NCBI GenBank assembly: GCA_963842165.1
Contig: CAWJFK010000029.1
Coordinates: forward strand, 94,308 to 158,307
Direction: 5' to 3'
DNA length: 64,000 nt
DNA from: an uncultured Thermoplasmata archaeon
GTDB taxonomy: Archaea; Thermoplasmatota; Thermoplasmata; Lutacidiplasmatales; UBA184
Shown: in pieces, positions 39,370 to 49,636 of the stretch
Numbering within the stretch: the stretch's first letter is position 1
Layout: each line of letters begins with the position of its first letter
Program-made: the position numbers and the translations under genes
Notes under the pieces: generated by a model
What the model was told of the DNA's origin: nothing
Databases searched by the model: none
What the model saw: only the letters and a program-made list of their open reading frames with translations

Positions 39370-40092
39370 GTGCCGCCCGACCCGCTCGTATCGGTCGTGA
39401 TACCGACCTACAACGAGCGGGAGTCGCTCGTGAGCCTCTACCCCGAGCTCTGCTCGGCTCTGGCCGCGTATCCCAGCGAGCTCATCATCGTCGACGACGG
39501 CTCGCCGGACGGGACCGCCGACTTCGCCCAGACCCTCTCCGGCCCCGTCACGTGCGTCGTCCGGAACCGCGGGCGGAAACTCGGCCTGGCGTCGGCCGTC
39601 CAGGAGGGATTCGCCCAAGTCCGCGGGTCGGTCGTCGTCGTAATGGACGCGGACGGGAGCCATCCCCCCTCGGCAATCCCGTTGTTGGTCGACGCCGTGA
39701 CCCGCGGAAGGGCAGAGTTTGCCCTCGGGAGCCGGTACATCCCCGGAGGGAGCTCGCCCGGGTTGTCCCGCACCCGGCACCTCATCTCCCGCATCGCGAC
39801 CGCGCTCGCGCGTCCCCTCGTCCCCGTCGCCGACCCGATGTCCGGGTTCTTCGCGTTCCAGCGCTCGATCCTCGCTCGGGCCCCGCTCTCCCCGCTCGGG
39901 TTCAAGATCGGGCTCGAGATCATGGTCCGGTGCCGGCCGCGGCCGATTGCCGAAATCCCCATCCAGTTCCGGCCGCGGACCGCCGGGGAGAGCAAGCTCG
40001 GTCAGGGGGAGATAGGGCGGTACCTCCGGCACATCGGCCGGCTCTACGGGTTCCGCTTGACCGGTGCGAGGCGCGCCTCGAGCACGCGATAA
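39370..40092 (+). CDS. GT2 polyprenol-phosphate glycosyltransferase (Dpm1-like)
   Basis: Intact 240-aa ORF, VVIPTYNERESL..IVDDGSPDGT..MDADGSHPP... Confidence 0.85.
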   Translation: MPPDPLVSVVIPTYNERESLVSLYPELCSALAAYPSELIIVDDGSPDGTADFAQTLSGPVTCVVRNRGRKLGLASAVQEGFAQVRGSVVVVMDADGSHPPSAIPLLVDAVTRGRAEFALGSRYIPGGSSPGLSRTRHLISRIATALARPLVPVADPMSGFFAFQRSILARAPLSPLGFKIGLEIMVRCRPRPIAEIPIQFRPRTAGESKLGQGEIGRYLRHIGRLYGFRLTGARRASSTR

Positions 40093-40694
40093 CCGGATCG
40101 TCGACCCAGCACCGAGACGGGGCCCGGCCACTGCTCCTCCAGCCGCTCCTGGTAGTACAGGATCCCCTGGGTCCCCTTCCCGACGAGGAGGAGGCGACCC
40201 CCGGTGGTGAGGTGGTCGGGGGCTTCCGTCACGAGTTCGAGGATGAGCGGTCGGCCGGCCCGGTAGGGTGGGTTGGTCGCGATGACGTCGAACCGTTCGC
40301 CGGCGACCGGCGCGAACAGGTCGCCGACCCGGACCTCGGCGTTGTCGGCGTGGTTGCGTTCGAGGTTGAGGCGGGCGAGTCGAGCCGCGCGGCGATTGAC
40401 CTCGGTGAGGACGACGTGACCGTCCCGAGCCGAACGGGCCGCGGCGACGCCGACCGCGCCCCAGCCGCACCCCAAGTCGAGGACCCGGTCGGTCTTCGCG
40501 AGCGCGAGGTTCTCGATCAGGAGCGAGGTCCCCGGGTCGAGCCCGCGGGATCCGAAGACGCCGCGGTCGACGACGAACGAAAGGAGCTCTCCCCGGTAGA
40601 GGAACCGGTGCTCGGCGCGCGCCGACGCGGAGCGCGGCCGCTCGGTGAAGTACTGGTCCGGGGCGGCCACGTCCTCCGGCTCGGGGCCGCTCAC
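40044..40694 (-). CDS. Class I SAM-dependent methyltransferase (RsmC/RlmG-like 'MTS' type)
   Basis: Intact 216-aa ORF, VLDLGCGWGAVG and NPPYRAG motifs. Confidence 0.8.
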   Translation of the reverse strand: MSGPEPEDVAAPDQYFTERPRSASARAEHRFLYRGELLSFVVDRGVFGSRGLDPGTSLLIENLALAKTDRVLDLGCGWGAVGVAAARSARDGHVVLTEVNRRAARLARLNLERNHADNAEVRVGDLFAPVAGERFDVIATNPPYRAGRPLILELVTEAPDHLTTGGRLLLVGKGTQGILYYQERLEEQWPGPVSVLGRRSGYRVLEARLAPVKRNP

Positions 40695-41844
40695 GGGCTC
40701 CGCCGCCGAAAGATCGACTCCTTCTTCGCACTGGGGGCCGGGCCGCCGGATGCAGGGCTTCGCGGAGGAGCTCCCGCTCCCGGGACGAGAGCGACCGTGG
40801 GACCTCCACGTGCACCGTCACGATCAGGTCGCCGCGGGACGTGCTGCCGAGGCGAGGGAACCCGTTGCCGCGGAGTCGGAACTGGGTCTCGGGCTGGGTG
40901 CCGGCGGGATCTTGAGGTCGGCATGCCCGTCGATCGTTCGCACCGTGGTCTCCCCGCCGAGGAGCACGACGCCGAGCGGGACCGTGGCTTCCCCGAAGGC
41001 GGTCTCCCCCTCCCGGTGGATGTGCTCCGAGGGTTCGAAGACGATGTGGACATAGAGGTCGCCGGAACGGCCCCCGTCATCGGAGCGGAGGCCGTGCCCG
41101 GCCGACCCGCAACACTCCCCCGTCCTCGATCCCCGGCGGCACCGACACCTCGAGCCGCTCGACCGAGCTCGTGCGACCGCTCCCGTGGCACGTGGGACAG
41201 CGCTCGATGATCCGTTGCCCTTGCCCGTGGCACCGGGGGCACTCGCCGATCGATATCAGCTGGGTATGCCCACGGTTCTGGACCCTTCGCACCTGGCCGC
41301 TGCCGTGACACTCGGGGCAGGTCTCGATCGCGGTGCCGTCCTTGGCTCCCGTCCCCCCGCAGGCCGCGCAGGGCTCGGTGCGGGGAACGCTCACGAGGGG
41401 CTGGGCGCCGTGGATGGCCGCGGTGAGCGGGAGGCGGACGGTCACCTCGACGTCGCTGCCCCGCGAGATGCCGTAGCGCCGCCCTCCTCCACCGCCGAAC
41501 CCGCCGCCGAGGTTCCCGAAGAGCTGTTGGAAGAACGGGTTCGAGGACAGGAGATCCTCGAGGTCGCCCTGGTGGGTGAAGTTCTGCCATCCGAAGCCCC
41601 CCGGGCCAAAGTTCGGCTCGACCGCCTCGAACCCCCGCTGGTCGTACCTCTGGCGGGTCTCCGGATTGGCCAGGACCTCGTACGCCTCCGAGACCTCCTT
41701 GAACCGCTCCTCGGCGACCTTCGGGTTCTCCTTGGCGACGTCGGGATGGTACTGGCGAGCGAGCCGACGATAGGCGCCCTTGATGTCGTCCGCCGAGGCG
41801 GTCCGCGGGACCCCGAGGACCTCGTAGTAGTCTTTCTTCGCCAT
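40691..41844 (-). CDS. dnaJ: Chaperone DnaJ (three frame disruptions)
   Basis: J domain (YYEVLGV..HPD), G/F region and four CxxCxGxG repeats in ORF 41077..41844. The C-terminal domains are readable only by hopping frames (..[23 protein letters not shown].. / ..[28 protein letters not shown].. / ..[14 protein letters not shown]). Shifts at about 41075-41085, 40900-40910 and 40730-40745. Confidence 0.9.
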
Positions 41845-41869
41845 AGAGGGAGACGACCGATGATCTCGG

Positions 41870-42748
41870 CTACCGGCGTCGGCGCGGCAGGCTTGGGACG
41901 CTATTTACGGTCTCAGTCGCCCCGTCGCCACCGCCGCCCCACCGGAACCCGAGGAGCGTCCCGGTCTTCGCGCGGAGTCGGGCCGCCGCGCTCCCTTCCG
42001 CGACCGTCACCTCGGCGGTCCCGAAGCTCGAGCCCAGCGTCCCCAACCGTCCCCGACCGAGGGCTTCGTACGAGCGTACCCAGGGTACTCGGACCGCCCG
42101 ACGCGGTCCGACCGATACCGTCAGGTCGCGCGCTCCCGAGGGGATCCAGGCGGTCGGAACGTTCGAGATGAGGTTGCCGAAGTGGTCCACGTGGACGACC
42201 TCTCCGTGGACGCGTCGGCCCTTGCGGGCGGCGACGGGTAAGCGTCGGTCCTGGAACGGCGAGGGAACGCCCAGCCGAGCCAGCGCCTCCCCTTGCGCGA
42301 TGCGCGCCGCCGCCGGCGCGAAGAGGTCCCGACCGTCGAACGTCGTGCCGACGCGGCCGCGGGGCTCGATGCGTCGCGCGTCGAGCCGGTACGCCGTCGG
42401 ATGTCCGAGCGCGAGGGCCAGGGGGGCGAGCACCCCGTTGTCCGGCCCGATGAGCACCGACCCGTCACCGCACCGGATCGCCACGGGGGCCCGCTGACCG
42501 CCGACCCCCGGGTCGACGACGGCGACATGGATCGTGCCGGGAGGGAAGCTCGAAGCCATCGCGCGCAGGACGTACGCCGCCTCCGAGATGCGGTGACGGG
42601 GCAGCTCGTGCGTGAGGTCGACCAGGGGTACCTGGGGGCACGCCCGGAGGAGAGCACCCTTGACCTGGGCGGCGTAGGCCCACCCGAGGTCCGAGGTCAG
42701 GGTCACGAGGCCCGGGCGACGTCTGCGCCCCGCGCGCGGGGGGGCCAC
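41870..42748 (-). CDS. SAM hydroxide adenosyltransferase family protein (DUF62)
   Basis: Intact 292-aa ORF, ..[46 protein letters not shown]... Confidence 0.8.
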   Translation of the reverse strand: MAPPRAGRRRRPGLVTLTSDLGWAYAAQVKGALLRACPQVPLVDLTHELPRHRISEAAYVLRAMASSFPPGTIHVAVVDPGVGGQRAPVAIRCGDGSVLIGPDNGVLAPLALALGHPTAYRLDARRIEPRGRVGTTFDGRDLFAPAAARIAQGEALARLGVPSPFQDRRLPVAARKGRRVHGEVVHVDHFGNLISNVPTAWIPSGARDLTVSVGPRRAVRVPWVRSYEALGRGRLGTLGSSFGTAEVTVAEGSAAARLRAKTGTLLGFRWGGGGDGATETVNSVPSLPRRRR

Positions 42749-42767
42749 GGTCCGCCGTACTGCGGGC

Positions 42768-43098
42768 CTAGGACTTCATGATGGCGACCAGGAAGATCCC
42801 GATCGCGATCAGAGCGCCGATGACGGCCGCGAGGATCACGAGGAACGAGGCGAGGAGCGAGGTCCCCGAGGTGGTGCGCCTTGGCCCCGAAGTCGCCGTA
42901 CGCGTACAGGTACCCGACAAGGAGGCCCACGACAAGGCCTACCACGAGCAGGGCGACGCCGATCGTGCGGCTTTTGCCGCTGCCGAAGTACGCCGTGAAG
43001 ATCCCCGCGAGGATGAGGAAGAGCCCGAAGACCAGCAGGAGGATGGCGAGGAACTGCCAGAGACCGATGTCCACCGCCGTACCCAACAGATCGAACAT
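42768..43098 (-). CDS. Small three-TM membrane protein, hypothetical (frame-disrupted)
   Basis: MFDLLGTAVDIGLWQFLAILLLVFGLFLILAG.. continues past about 42860 in another frame as ..SLLASFLVILAAVIGALIAIGIFLVAIMKS*. Confidence 0.5.
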
Positions 43099-43108
43099 GT
43101 GTGACCTT

Positions 43109-43342
43109 TCAGAACTTGATGCCGGTGAGCGTCTTGGTGTCGATGACGCCCGGGACCGAGCGGATCTTGTCGACCACGAGCTGGCCGAGCGCGTTGAAGT
43201 CCTCGGCCTCGACCTTGGCGATGAGGTCGTACTCGCCGAAGAGGGGGTGCAACTCCACGATCCCCTTCACGCGAAGGAGCTCGGTGTACACCTCGTGCTC
43301 CTTGGCGGGGGCGGTGCTGATTAGGACGAAACCGATCGCCAC
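43109..43342 (-). CDS. Stand-alone Lrp/AsnC ligand-binding (RAM) domain protein
   Basis: Intact 77-aa ORF, ..VLISTAPAKEHEVYTELLRVKGIVELHPLFGEYDLIAKVEAED..VPGVIDTKTL... Confidence 0.8.
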   Translation of the reverse strand: MAIGFVLISTAPAKEHEVYTELLRVKGIVELHPLFGEYDLIAKVEAEDFNALGQLVVDKIRSVPGVIDTKTLTGIKF

Positions 43343-43472
43343 GCGAGAAGTCGCCTCTCGAGAGAGCCGAGGAACAACCTTCCCTTATAAGCGTTGTCCG
43401 GCAGCGGATTTTGCCCACGAACCGGAGACTCCCCGCACCGGCGCGAAGCAGCCGCCACTCGACTCGACCCCA

Positions 43473-43480
43473 TTTTAATA
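43473..43480 (+). promoter_or_regulatory. TATA-like box (TTTTAATA) for the MFS gene
   Basis: About 30 nt upstream of ATG 43508. A palindromic CTTATAAG at 43384-43391 could serve the divergent RAM-domain gene. Confidence 0.45.
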
Positions 43481-43507
43481 CCCACCGACTAAGCGCGCCG
43501 TCGTACG

Positions 43508-44911
43508 ATGGTACTCTCGCTGCGGACCTGGCCGCGCCGCCTCATCGCGCGGCCGTGGCTGCTCGGGTTCGTCCCCATCAACGCGGCGACCTCCGGGTTC
43601 GGGGTCGTCCTGCCACTCCTCATCCTCATCGTCCTGCACGGGAGCTGGACCGACGTCGCGGTCGCGGCGACCCTGTTCAACGCGGCGGTCATCCTCTCGT
43701 CGGTCGCCTGGGGCCACCTCTCCGACCGCTACCCGCTCCGCCGACTCTTCCTGGTGATCAACTTCGGAGGATACGCGCTCCTCTACCTCACCCTCGGAGA
43801 GATCCACTCCCTCCTGGCCCTCTACGCCATCTACACGGTCATCGGGCTCATCGCTCCCGCCGGGGCGAGTGCCTCCAACCTCCTGATCCTCGAGAAGTTC
43901 ACCGAAGAGGAGCGGGCCAACGCGTACGCCTCCTTCCAGGAGATGAGCATGATCGGCTCCGTCCTCGGGTTGCTCATCGGCTACTTCTGGACGCTCGCGG
44001 ACGACGCGCTCCTTTCGCTCCTCTACATCCTCGCCGGCCTCGCCGCCGTCAGCGCGATCGCGATCTGGTTCGGCGTCAAGGACCCGACCCGGACCCTCAC
44101 GACGGCGCAGGTCGCCAAGCACCCGGAGAGCCTGTTCTCGCGCATCCGGGTCTCCGCCCCCTTCCACATCGCGATCCCGTTCTTCCCCCGCCGGCCCAAG
44201 CTTCGCGCCGGCGCGATCGCGCGGTTCCGCCTCTGGGCCACCGAGGAGCTCCACCACGAGCTGCCGCTCATCTTCGCCGCGTCGTTCCTGTTCAACCTCT
44301 CGGCGAACCTGTTCAACATCTCGTACACTCCCTACCTCGTCTCGGTCGGTCTCGCGGCCTCGGCCATCTTCCTCGTGAACTTCTCGAACAACTTCGTCCA
44401 GATGCTCGTCTTCCCGATCTCGGGCGGGCTCGTCGCCCGGTTCGGCTCGGACCGGCTCGTCCAGCGCGCGACCTACCTGCGGGCCCTCGGCTACCTGGCC
44501 ACGACCGGGTTCACGTTCTTCGTCGTCGCCCGGGAAGGAGCGTTCGACGAGAACCTCATCGTGTTCGGAGTCCTGGGCGGGGCGATCGCGGTCTACAGGA
44601 CCGCGAGCTCGCTCATGCTCTTCCGGGGGCTCGAGGGACGCGACGCGGGCAGCCTCCTCGGGGTCAACAGCGCCCTCGGAGGGGTCGCCGCGGTCGCGGG
44701 GGCCGGCCTTTCGGCCCTCCTGGCCTCGTTCGGAAGCTACCGGCTCGTCTTCCTGGTCTCCGCCGGCGCCCTGCTCGCCTCACTCCCGCTCTGGTCGGCC
44801 GCCTCGGTCGCGTACGTGCGCCGCAAGTACGCCCGCTCGATGCCCCCCGCGCCGCCTTCGACCGACGCTCGCCGCGCCCCCGAGCCGGTCGCGGCCGCGA
44901 AAACCCATTAA
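43508..44911 (+). CDS. MFS transporter
   Basis: Intact 467-aa polytopic ORF with the GHLSDRYPLRR loop motif. Confidence 0.8.
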   Translation: MVLSLRTWPRRLIARPWLLGFVPINAATSGFGVVLPLLILIVLHGSWTDVAVAATLFNAAVILSSVAWGHLSDRYPLRRLFLVINFGGYALLYLTLGEIHSLLALYAIYTVIGLIAPAGASASNLLILEKFTEEERANAYASFQEMSMIGSVLGLLIGYFWTLADDALLSLLYILAGLAAVSAIAIWFGVKDPTRTLTTAQVAKHPESLFSRIRVSAPFHIAIPFFPRRPKLRAGAIARFRLWATEELHHELPLIFAASFLFNLSANLFNISYTPYLVSVGLAASAIFLVNFSNNFVQMLVFPISGGLVARFGSDRLVQRATYLRALGYLATTGFTFFVVAREGAFDENLIVFGVLGGAIAVYRTASSLMLFRGLEGRDAGSLLGVNSALGGVAAVAGAGLSALLASFGSYRLVFLVSAGALLASLPLWSAASVAYVRRKYARSMPPAPPSTDARRAPEPVAAAKTH

Positions 44912-44946
44912 AGGAACCTCCGTCTCCGCCGCCCGGTCCGAGTTCG

Positions 44947-46152
44947 ATGCCGAGTCCGACGGAGGAGGTCCAGCGCGGCCTCCAGGACGTCGTCGCCCTC
45001 GAGTCGCGGATCTGCTTCATCGACGGACGACAGGGCCGTCTGCTCTACGACGGCTACGACATCCGCGACCTGGTCTCGAAGTCCAACTTCGAGGAGATCG
45101 CCTACCTGCTCTGGTACGGCCGCCTCCCGACCGCCGAGCAGCTCGCGACCCTGCGCCGCCACATGGTCGAGCTGCGCGAGCTGCCGATCTCGCTGGCGGA
45201 GCGGATCGACTCGATGCCGGCGAGCTCGAACCCGATGGACGTCCTCCGGACGGCGGTGAGCGAGCTCGCGCTCTTCGAGCCGGAGGAGACCCGCCCCGGC
45301 CCGAGCTCGATCGGCGGGGCCCAGCGCCTCACCGCGGTCCTTCCGTCGATCCTCGGCCAGTTCCACCGGCGCCGCGCGGGCCTCCCGCGGCTCGGGGCCC
45401 GCCCGGACCTCTCCCACGCGGGCTACCTCCTCTACGCGCTCCTCCACCGGGAGCCGAGCGAGCTCGAGACCCGCGTCCTGGACGTCGCGCTCATCCTCCA
45501 CGCCGACCACGAGCTGAACGCGTCGACGTTCTCGGCCCGGGTCACCGCTTCGACCCTCTCCGACCTCTACAGCGCCGTGACGAGCGCCGTGGGCACGCTC
45601 AAGGGCCCGCTCCACGGCGGTGCGAACGAGCGGGTCATGGAGATGCTCGAGGAGATCGGAACGCCGGACCGCGCGGAAGAGGTCGTGAAGGCGAAGCTCT
45701 CGCGCCACGAGCGGATCATGGGCTTCGGCCACCGGGTCTACAAGGTCGAGGACCCGCGGGCGACGATCCTGCGCGAGTGGTCCCGGCGCATCGGGGAGGC
45801 GAAGGGCGACCTGCACTACTACGAGCTCCTGCGGAAGGTCGAGGAGGTCGTCCACCGCGAGAAGGGCCTCTACCCGAACGTCGACCTCTACTCCGGTTCG
45901 GTCTACGGCCTGCTCGGCATCCCCTCCGACCTGTTCACGCCGGTCTTCGCGGCGAGCCGGGTCGCGGGCTGGACCGCGCACGTCCTCGAGGAGTACCAGG
46001 ACCTCCGGCTGATCCGGCCCTCGGCCAAGTACATCGGCCCGATGGACCTGCCGTACGTCCCGATCGAACGCGCGGGTCTAGTCCGCCGCGTCGCGCGGAC
46101 CGGTCGACCGTCCCGGGCCGTGCGCACCGCGGCGACGCTCATGAGCGGGTAG
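44947..46152 (+). CDS. gltA: Citrate synthase
   Basis: Internal ATG of the long ORF 43411..46152. ..GLQDVVALESRICFIDG..LILHADHELNAST..GPLHGGAN..GFGHRVYK..DPR... The last 25 aa or so look non-homologous, so the true stop may be the TAG at 46079-46081 after an indel. Confidence 0.9.
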   Translation: MPSPTEEVQRGLQDVVALESRICFIDGRQGRLLYDGYDIRDLVSKSNFEEIAYLLWYGRLPTAEQLATLRRHMVELRELPISLAERIDSMPASSNPMDVLRTAVSELALFEPEETRPGPSSIGGAQRLTAVLPSILGQFHRRRAGLPRLGARPDLSHAGYLLYALLHREPSELETRVLDVALILHADHELNASTFSARVTASTLSDLYSAVTSAVGTLKGPLHGGANERVMEMLEEIGTPDRAEEVVKAKLSRHERIMGFGHRVYKVEDPRATILREWSRRIGEAKGDLHYYELLRKVEEVVHREKGLYPNVDLYSGSVYGLLGIPSDLFTPVFAASRVAGWTAHVLEEYQDLRLIRPSAKYIGPMDLPYVPIERAGLVRRVARTGRPSRAVRTAATLMSG

Positions 46153-46489
46153 CGGAGGTCGGGGCGGTGCGCGAGGCGCGCGACGACCTCGACGCCCGGT
46201 CCACGAGCCGGACCTGGACGTCCAGCATCTCGGCCACGAGGTAGTGGTAGGCGAACCGCCCCCGACCCAGCGGACCGGCGCGGGAGGGGTCGATCCGCAC
46301 GCGGACGTCCGCGACGAACGGCTGCAGGGAGACCGCCCGCTCGATCGCGCGGGCGAGGCCGCTCGCCGTCCGGGCGGAGACCGGGACGCCGAGGTACTGG
46401 TGGAAGATCCCGCCCAGCTTGATGCCGGCCTCGAAGAGGAGCGCCTCCCGGCGGGTGAGCGCGGCCCGATGGATCGAGGGAGTCCCCAT
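46139..46489 (-). CDS. mptD: Probable archaeal dihydroneopterin aldolase (MptD-like; C-terminal frame disruption)
   Basis: ..ALLFEAGIKLGGIFHQYLGVPVS..LQPFVADVRVRI..GRFAYHYLVAEMLDVQVRLV.. then, in another frame, ..GVEVVARLAHRPDLRYPLMSV... The family call comes from remembered motifs. Confidence 0.5.
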   Translation of the reverse strand: MGTPSIHRAALTRREALLFEAGIKLGGIFHQYLGVPVSARTASGLARAIERAVSLQPFVADVRVRIDPSRAGPLGRGRFAYHYLVAEMLDVQVRLVDRASRSSRASRTAPTSATRS

Positions 46490-46496
46490 GGTGCGA

Positions 46497-47273
46497 CTAC
46501 GCCTCCGACGGTCGCTTCACGGTGAACGGTCCGAGGAGATAGTAGCTCGCGACCCCGACGAGGAGGGCGTACGAAGCGACGAGCGCGGCGTCGTAGGCGA
46601 CGGTGCCGCTCGCGGGGTGGAACTGCAGAAGGAGGAGGGAGAGGCCGGCCGCGACGGCCGTGCCCGCCATCGGCCAGCGCAGCGGCGACCCGCGACGGAT
46701 CTTGGGATACGGGATCGGGAGGACCATCAAGAGGGCGATCACCGCCACGCCGATGAACAGGCCGATCGGTTGGACGGTCTGGAACCCCGGGGTGTCGTGG
46801 AAGAGGATCGCGACGATGACCGCGAGCGCGCCCTGTGGGGTCGGCACGCCGAGGAAGTCCGACCGCTGGTAGGCGCGGGCTGTGAAGTAGACGAGCCGGG
46901 CGACAGCGGCCGTGAGGTAGGCGGCGGCGAGGACGAGAGCGTAGGTCTCGAGCGGCTGCCAGGTCGAGGTGTCCGACGTGTGGACAGCGATGAGGAACGC
47001 CGGGGCGACGCCGAACGTGATCGCGTCGGCGACGGAATCGGCGATCCGACCGAACGCGGTTCCGGGGTCCGCTCCGCGCGAGAAGATCCCGTCGAGCCCG
47101 TCGAACCCGATCGCGGAGGCGATGAGCAGCATCGCCCAGAGCTTGTTGCCGGCGAGGAGGTAGAGGACCGCGCCGACCCCGAGGAGGGCGTTGGCGAGCG
47201 TCGCGAGGTTGGCAAAGACCCTCCAGCGGTCGGTCACGGCCGCTCCCGAGCGATCGTCGAACGGCCCGCCCAC
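46497..47273 (-). CDS. pssA: CDP-alcohol phosphatidyltransferase, probable archaetidylserine synthase
   Basis: The motif DGLDGIFSRGADPGTAFGRIADSVAD fits D-G-x2-A-R...G-x3-D-x3-D. Polytopic, and directly downstream of psd. Confidence 0.8.
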   Translation of the reverse strand: MGGPFDDRSGAAVTDRWRVFANLATLANALLGVGAVLYLLAGNKLWAMLLIASAIGFDGLDGIFSRGADPGTAFGRIADSVADAITFGVAPAFLIAVHTSDTSTWQPLETYALVLAAAYLTAAVARLVYFTARAYQRSDFLGVPTPQGALAVIVAILFHDTPGFQTVQPIGLFIGVAVIALLMVLPIPYPKIRRGSPLRWPMAGTAVAAGLSLLLLQFHPASGTVAYDAALVASYALLVGVASYYLLGPFTVKRPSEA

Positions 47274-47860
47274 ACGCGCTGCCCGACCCGAACGACCGGC
47301 ACGAGCCGCTGGGTCGGCAGGAGGACGTCGACCCGGGAGCCGAGGACGATCATGCCGAACCGGTCGCCCCGTTGCCGGGACTCACCGGTGCGGACGAAGG
47401 AGACGAGCCGCCGTGCGACGACCCCCGTGATCTGGATCACCTGCACCGTGCCGTAGGGCGTGGCCAGGTCGTACGTCCGCGCCACGTTGCGGTCCGCATC
47501 GGGCCGGTAGGCGGGGCGATAACCGGCCCCCCCGTCGCCGATCTGAGCAAAGGTCCCGTCGACGGGGATCCGGTTGACGTGGACGTCGGTCACGTTCATG
47601 AACACGGAGATCCGCGTGCGGTCCCCCTCCTCCGCGACCGCGCGGACGACCCCGTCCGCCGCCGAGACGACCCCCTCGCCCACGACCCGTTCGGGGTCGC
47701 GGAAGAACACCGCGAAGAAGACCCAGCTGCCCGACCCGAGGACGAGGAAGGCGAGCAGGACGTAGGAGAACGGGATCCAGCGAGCGAGCTCGACGAAGAA
47801 ACCGAGGAGAAGGACGCCGGCCCCGACCCCGAGAGGGCGCCCTGCGCCCGGCGCGAACAC
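47234..47860 (-). CDS. psd: Phosphatidyl/archaetidylserine decarboxylase proenzyme
   Basis: Intact 208-aa ORF with an N-terminal TM segment and ..FGMIVLGSRVDV.. (the GS cleavage-site region). Confidence 0.85.
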   Translation of the reverse strand: MFAPGAGRPLGVGAGVLLLGFFVELARWIPFSYVLLAFLVLGSGSWVFFAVFFRDPERVVGEGVVSAADGVVRAVAEEGDRTRISVFMNVTDVHVNRIPVDGTFAQIGDGGAGYRPAYRPDADRNVARTYDLATPYGTVQVIQITGVVARRLVSFVRTGESRQRGDRFGMIVLGSRVDVLLPTQRLVPVVRVGQRVWAGRSTIARERP

Positions 47861-47864
47861 GCGC

Positions 47865-48173
47865 CTACCCGGTCAGCACGATCTCGATGTTGACGCCGTC
47901 CGGGACCTGGATCCGCATCACCTGCCGGAGCGCGCGCTCGTCGGCCGCGAGGTCGATGAGGCGCTTGTGGATGCGCATCTCCCAGTGGTCGATCGTGCTC
48001 GTGCCGCCCCCGTCCGGGCCCTTGCGGACCGGCACCTTGAGGCGCTTCGTGGGGAGCGGGATGGGGCCCGAGATCTCGACCCCGGTCTTCGAGGAGATCT
48101 CCCGGATCTGCTTGCAGATCGAGTCGACCTTGCCCGCGTCGGTGCCGGAGAGGGAGATCCGCGCTTTCTGCAT
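47865..48173 (-). CDS. rps10: 30S ribosomal protein S10 (uS10)
   Basis: Intact 102-aa ORF directly downstream of EF-1alpha. Confidence 0.95.
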   Translation of the reverse strand: MQKARISLSGTDAGKVDSICKQIREISSKTGVEISGPIPLPTKRLKVPVRKGPDGGGTSTIDHWEMRIHKRLIDLAADERALRQVMRIQVPDGVNIEIVLTG

Positions 48174-48210
48174 CGATAGCCCCTCCCCCGTACCGCGCCG
48201 GTCGGGCGGT

Positions 48211-49491
48211 CTACGCCTCGCGCTTCTTGAGGTCGATGACGACCCAGGCCGCGACGGTCTGACCCATGTCGCGGACCGCGAAGCGGCCGAGCTGGGGGAA
48301 CTCTTTGTACTTCTCGATGACGAGCGGGCGCTTCGGCGTGATCCGCACGACCGCGGCGTCCCCGGTCTTCAAGGTCTGGGGGTTCTCCTCGGCCGTCTGG
48401 CCCGTCTTGGGGTCGAGGCGCTTCAGGAGCTCGGTGAACTCGCACGCGACCTGCGCGGTGTGGCAGTGGAATACCGGCGTGTACCCGACCGTGATGACGC
48501 TCGGGTGGTTCAGCACCTGGATGTTCGCGGTGAAGCTCTCGACCACCGTCGGCGGGTTCGCGGCGGGTCCCGCGACGTCGCCGCGCCGGATGTCGTTCTT
48601 GTCGATGCCGCGGACGTTGAACCCGACGTTGTCGCCCGGGATCGCCTCCTGGACGGCCTCGTGGTGCATCTCGATCGACTTGACCTCGCCCGACTTCCCG
48701 CTCGGCAGGAAGATGATCTTGTCGCCGACCTTCAGCTTGCCCGTCTCGACGCGGCCGACCGGTACCGTGCCGATGCCGGTGATCGTGTAGACGTCCTGGA
48801 CCGGGAGGCGGAGCGCCTTGTCGGTCGGTTTCTCGGGAACCTTCAGGTTGTCGAGCGCCTGGAGGAGCGTGGGCCCCTTGTACCACGGCATGTTGGGGCT
48901 CGCCTTGTTGATGTTGTCGTCCTTGAACGCCGAGATGGGGAGGAACGTGATCTGGGTGTCGAGCTTGAACCCCACGTTCTTCAGGAGCTTGGTCAGGTCC
49001 TCCTTGACCGCGTCGTACTTCGCCTCGCTGTAGGCGACCTCTTGGCGGTCCATCTTGTTGATGGCGACGATCATCTGGGTGACGCCGAGGGTACGGGAGA
49101 GGAAGATGTGCTCCCGCGTCTGTTCTTGGACGCCTTCCGCGGCGGAGCAGACGAGCACGGCCGCATCGGCCTGGCTCGTTCCCGTGATCATGTTCTTGAC
49201 GAAGTCGCGGTGGCCGGGCGCGTCGATGATGGTGAAGTAGTACTTTTGGGAGTCGAACCGCCGGTGGGCGATGTCGATCGTGACGCCCCGCTCGCGCTCC
49301 TCCTTGAGGTCGTCCATGACCCAGGCGAACTCGAACGTCGCCTTGCCCTTGCTCTCCGCCTCGGCCCGGAACTTGTCGATCTCCTCCTGCCGGATGTACC
49401 CGGTATCTAGGAGAATGCGTCCGACCGTCGTGGACTTGCCGTGGTCGACGTGGCCGATGAAGACGATGTTGAGGTGGGGCTTGTTTGCCAT
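48211..49491 (-). CDS. tuf: Translation elongation factor 1-alpha (aEF-1A)
   Basis: Intact 426-aa [24 protein letters not shown]. Confidence 0.97.
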   Translation of the reverse strand: MANKPHLNIVFIGHVDHGKSTTVGRILLDTGYIRQEEIDKFRAEAESKGKATFEFAWVMDDLKEERERGVTIDIAHRRFDSQKYYFTIIDAPGHRDFVKNMITGTSQADAAVLVCSAAEGVQEQTREHIFLSRTLGVTQMIVAINKMDRQEVAYSEAKYDAVKEDLTKLLKNVGFKLDTQITFLPISAFKDDNINKASPNMPWYKGPTLLQALDNLKVPEKPTDKALRLPVQDVYTITGIGTVPVGRVETGKLKVGDKIIFLPSGKSGEVKSIEMHHEAVQEAIPGDNVGFNVRGIDKNDIRRGDVAGPAANPPTVVESFTANIQVLNHPSVITVGYTPVFHCHTAQVACEFTELLKRLDPKTGQTAEENPQTLKTGDAAVVRITPKRPLVIEKYKEFPQLGRFAVRDMGQTVAAWVVIDLKKREA

Positions 49492-49524
49492 CGAGGGGCT
49501 CCGGGCGCGGCCAAAAGGTACCCC

Positions 49525-49530
49525 TATTTA
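49525..49530 (-). promoter_or_regulatory. TATA-like box (CTAAATAG on the minus strand) upstream of tuf
   Basis: About 36 nt upstream of ATG 49491. The same CTAAATAG core occurs at the kdp promoter. Confidence 0.45.
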
Positions 49531-49636
49531 GGTGTTGTTAGGCGGCGACTCCGAGAGACGACGCCGCACGCGTCTCCGTGGCCCGGACGGCCATCGCCCG
49601 CCGACCGGGCCACCGAAAGGGTTCGAAGCGAGGCCG

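Noticed and set aside
38272-40821. Very long ORFs such as 38272..40821(-), 3367..5130(+), 33330..35366(-), 49524..51611(-), 12835..14460(-), 19018..20616(-), 7018..8268(-), and the 5' parts of 4144..6945(-) and 43411..46152(+).
   Set aside because: Their translations are Arg/Pro/Gly/Ala-rich low-complexity strings. They lie antisense to, or out of frame with, genes that have clear conserved motifs. Stop-poor alternative frames are expected at this GC content.
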